Both the position numbers and the translations under genes were made by a program. DNA of 64,000 nucleotides, taken from contig CDMY01000276.1 of NCBI GenBank assembly GCA_001179505.1, positions 76,425 to 140,424 on the forward strand. Direction: 5' to 3'. Position 1 is the first letter of the stretch; each line of letters begins with the position of its first letter. Shown in pieces: positions 60,876 to 64,000 of this stretch. Under the pieces are notes generated by a model. It saw only the letters and a program-made list of their open reading frames with translations. It had not been told where the DNA came from and searched no databases. This stretch comes from Vitrella brassicaformis CCMP3155. Its lineage: Eukaryota; Protista; Chromerida.

Positions 60876-63711
60876 CTAGAGCCCGGCGACGAACTTGACG
60901 CAGGCCAGGATGGCACTCACGCCCACCGCCACCCCTACGACAACGATCACAAAGCTCTTGCGACCCGTCCTGCACTCGAGCAGACACACACAGACAATGG
61001 TTCGTTCGTTCGTTCGTTGTGTGTATGTATGGCTACACTGCTGACTTTTTCTGGATGTAGTGCACCAGCTTGACACCGACAAAAGAGGCGCAGGTGGTGA
61101 TGGCGCCGTAAAAGACCGCAAAGTCCCGAGGTACACTGAGTCATGCAAAAACACCCATGCGTGTGTGCGGCCAGCGAGCGACATCTGTGTGTGTCATGTG
61201 ACCTCTCTGAGTGTCAGGCCGGCCAGCCGGCCACACACATACTCACTCACTCACTCACTCACCGATTTGACAGCAGGTACTGAGACGTGGTTGATGTAGC
61301 CGTAAAGACCACGCAGAAGCTGGCTGTCGAGACGGTCACCTTGATGCAGGCAGCCAACACAGACAGCACATAAGTTGATTGACAGGTGAGCGACTCATTG
61401 AGAAGTGTTGTTTGTGTTGTCAATTGCCACGTACCATCGGGTCGACCCCCATGAAGACAAAGAACGGTGAGAAGATGAGTCCGCCCCCAATGCCCAAGAG
61501 ACCAGAGCAGATGCCCGTCAAGAAGGCCACACACGGGAACGGCGCAACCTGCCTGAGACGCCACCCTGAGTGAGGACCATACGCACACAAACACAAACAC
61601 AAACACAGACACACACACACACACACATCACATGCACACACATTGAGAGATTCAGACATGGCTCTGTACTGTGCGCACCTGTCAGCTTGGTGACTTGCAA
61701 GACGTAGAAGCAGGCGGCCACAACGCATCCCACAGTCGGCAGGGTGACTACAATGACAGTCAACACAGTGCTGTCCCTGCGGCCACACAAGACGCAACAC
61801 AACACACCACACCACACCACACGACGCAGTCAGGCAACAGGCCGGCTGCCACGGCTGGTGCATATCGTTCTCACTCAGTGTCTGACAGGTGGTGTCTGAG
61901 CGCCCCACAAGTAATAATGCCCGCCAGAATAAGCAGCAGCCCCGCCACATCCACAGGGTGGTCTCGCCAATCGCTCCCGTGGTCGAGAGTTACCTGTCTG
62001 TCAGCGATGAGCGTCGCCGACCCCTCTGCCACGGTCTCAGCACTCTCAATGGACAGCCGGATAGCCCCAGCAACGCCGTCCATGTCGGCCACACTCGAGC
62101 CTCTTCGCGGCGAATCGGCCGCCAGTGTGGCTGCGCCACCGCCCTCAGTGGCGGGAAACTCCCAGTCGTCAACCGACACCCTCGGCAGCAGCAGGGGAAC
62201 AGAGCTGGTGCGCATCATCTTGTCACTGTAGTGCAGCCGGGGGAGAGGTTGGAAGGGGGATGGTCGGTGGTCTGCCTTGCTGGGGGTGCCGGCGTCTTGT
62301 TCCAGGGGCATCGGGGGGAGGGGCAGGGTGGTGGCACCTGGGTTGGTAGCCGTGTCGGGTGGGTCGGAGACAAGACGGCGCTGCGCTGCACTGGCACTGG
62401 GGCTGCCCTGCTCACTGTAGTCCTGCAGACAGACAGACAACATGGTAGCCGAAGGCGATGACTGCTCGCATGGACGGCTGCTGCTGCGGCTGGCTTACAT
62501 GTGACAGCGACCTTCTCATTCTGGGCCCTCCTGGCAGCCAGGTGCCCAGCGGCTGACCGATGACATTTGCTGATGGGGCCGCCGTGCTGCCGTCAAGCGA
62601 TACTGGAGTCGATTCACTGCCATCTGCACTCACCGCAACCACGTGTGCCACACACATACACACAGACACAGCACGGCCCTCCCAGTTACCGTCGATGCGA
62701 TACGTCATCCACACACGACATTAATTCGCCACACACATCCATCCATCCATCCATCCCACCTTCGTCAATGCTGTCCCTTCCTGTGGTCTCCATGACAGTG
62801 CCGAGAGACCTCACAGGCTTCTCGGGCGATGGTGGATGCGACGGGCCCCCGCTGGCTGTCGTGACTGGCGAGCCGTCCACATGCTGCTGTGTCTTGCCTA
62901 TCGCTGGCTGGATAACGTGTGGAAGGGGCACAATGCTGTCGCGGCGGTCCTCCTCGTCGCTCAGCGGCACCAGCTCTCTCACTGTGCCTCGCTGCTTGAA
63001 GGCCTCCTGCTCTTCGCGCCACTTGGAGATACCCGTGTGGATGGTTCTCAAGGTGACGAGAGAGAGCAACGTGACGAGGCAGGACACCAGCACCCACTCG
63101 GGCAGGATGAAGTTGAGATACACACCGAACAGCGTGCCTTGATCAGGACAGACAAGCAGCAGCCACCAAGGCAAGGCAAGGCAGCAGTGTGCGAGCCGAG
63201 CACCCACCTCGGTACGTGTGACGCTATGCCTACGCATTGCTTACCGGACAGCGCCATGGGCACCATGAGTTTGCCGAGGTCGAAATGAATGAGGGGCGCC
63301 TGCGTCTCAGGGTGCTTCTTGCGGGACAGCAGGATGAACGACAGCACCGACCCCGCAAATATCATCGCCTTCGACAGCGGAACGGCATTGTAAGCTGAGA
63401 ACCCCTCAATGACCATCAGCAACGCCACGAAGATGCCTCCCCCTAACCACCACCCCACCCATACACACAACAACACCAGACATTGCGGGAAAGACTGACT
63501 GTCTGCCCATCCTACCAGCTCCCCGTCTCTCACCTCCAATCCCGGCGGCGCTCGCAAGGATCCCGCCGACGAAGATGCATAGGCCGCTGAGGTACCTGCT
63601 CGTTCAGGCCAGGCAACAAGCCAGTGAATGATACAGACGCGATTGATGCATCTGACAGTGTTTGTCTTACAGATTAGGGTTGGAGAGCTCAAAGTGCGGC
63701 TGAACAGCCAT
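60876..63711 (-). CDS. TauE/SafE (TSUP) family transporter, multi-exon
   Basis: GGILASAAGIGG|GGIFVALL, AVPLSKAMIFAGS, PLIHFDL, TLFGVYLNFILPEWVL, TGICSGLLGIGGGLIFSPFF...GVDP, STASFCVVFTATSTTSQYL. Start ATG approximate. Confidence 0.9.
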
Positions 63712-63869
63712 CGCCACAAGCACGGGATGGCTCGGCAAAGACACTCTTCGTCTTTTACTCCCTGCTCGCTCTCTTGAGTCCTTCTCGGACACACTGCTGC
63801 ACGCCACAGCCGGACACGCACACACACCTGAGTGTAGTCGACCTTCTTCGGATATTCTTCAGAGGAGCG

Positions 63870-64000
63870 TTCTGTCAGAAGTGCAAGTCGGTCCAGGGTT
63901 TAGGGTCTAGGGTTCATAGACCGACGATCCACTGATCTGTGAGACAGGACGGCTGTTGAGTCTTTGTCCGTTCCATGAGACAGGCCATGGCGGACAGGAC
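63870..64000 (-). repeat. dispersed upstream element, copy B (uninterrupted, probably runs off window end), with degenerate telomeric triplet AGGGTTT AGGGTCT AGGGTTC
   Basis: Reverse complement aligns with 23140-23192 plus 23463-23545. Confidence 0.85.

Larger units (their letters stand above)
1032..63500. repeat. pervasive intronic microsatellites: (CA/TG)n, (GA/TC)n, (GGAT/ATCC)n, (CAGA/TCTG)n, (CAGG)n, (CAGT)n
   Basis: Seen directly in most introns, e.g. (CA)12 5009-5032 and (TG)12 5063-5086. Confidence 0.97.

Noticed and set aside
1036-63827. Hundreds of ORF-track entries containing [37 protein letters not shown]
   Set aside because: These are translations of intronic microsatellites and antisense frames of real genes, not proteins.

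Overview
Eukaryotic, GC-rich, intron-dense genomic window with about 24 spliced protein-coding genes on both strands and two 300-nt N gaps. No rRNA, tRNA or CRISPR array was seen. Inferred source is a chromerid alga, most likely Vitrella brassicaformis: it has ApiAP2-like domains, three nuclear genes with bipartite plastid-targeting leaders (Phe after the signal peptide), and microsatellite-filled introns. Most ORF-track entries are translated intronic microsatellites, so gene models were rebuilt by hand from GT/AG sites and protein motifs; boundaries are approximate where stated. Recognisable genes: FCP1-like CTD phosphatase (5' partial), Mic10, HCF101, MORN5, RFESD-like Rieske protein, CPA2 cation/H+ antiporter with ACT-like repeats, fructosamine kinase, TauD dioxygenase, METTL27-like methyltransferase, MYND-finger protein, TBC1D20-like GAP, a multi-AP2 protein, a pacifastin-like/Kazal protease inhibitor, BUD23, a DHHC PAT, a CCCH protein, a plastid PGM-like protein, a GPI-type sushi-like protein and a TauE/SafE transporter. 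Most notable observations: (1) introns with complementary (CA)n 5' and (TG)n 3' repeats that could form splice-bridging hairpins; (2) a dispersed, telomere-motif-bearing element upstream of two unrelated genes, one copy split by a 274-nt insertion; (3) a protein with about six tandem AP2-like domains; (4) a secreted protein resembling an uncharacterised bacterial family; (5) an antiporter-ACT fusion; (6) a candidate ASP/RON1 homolog.
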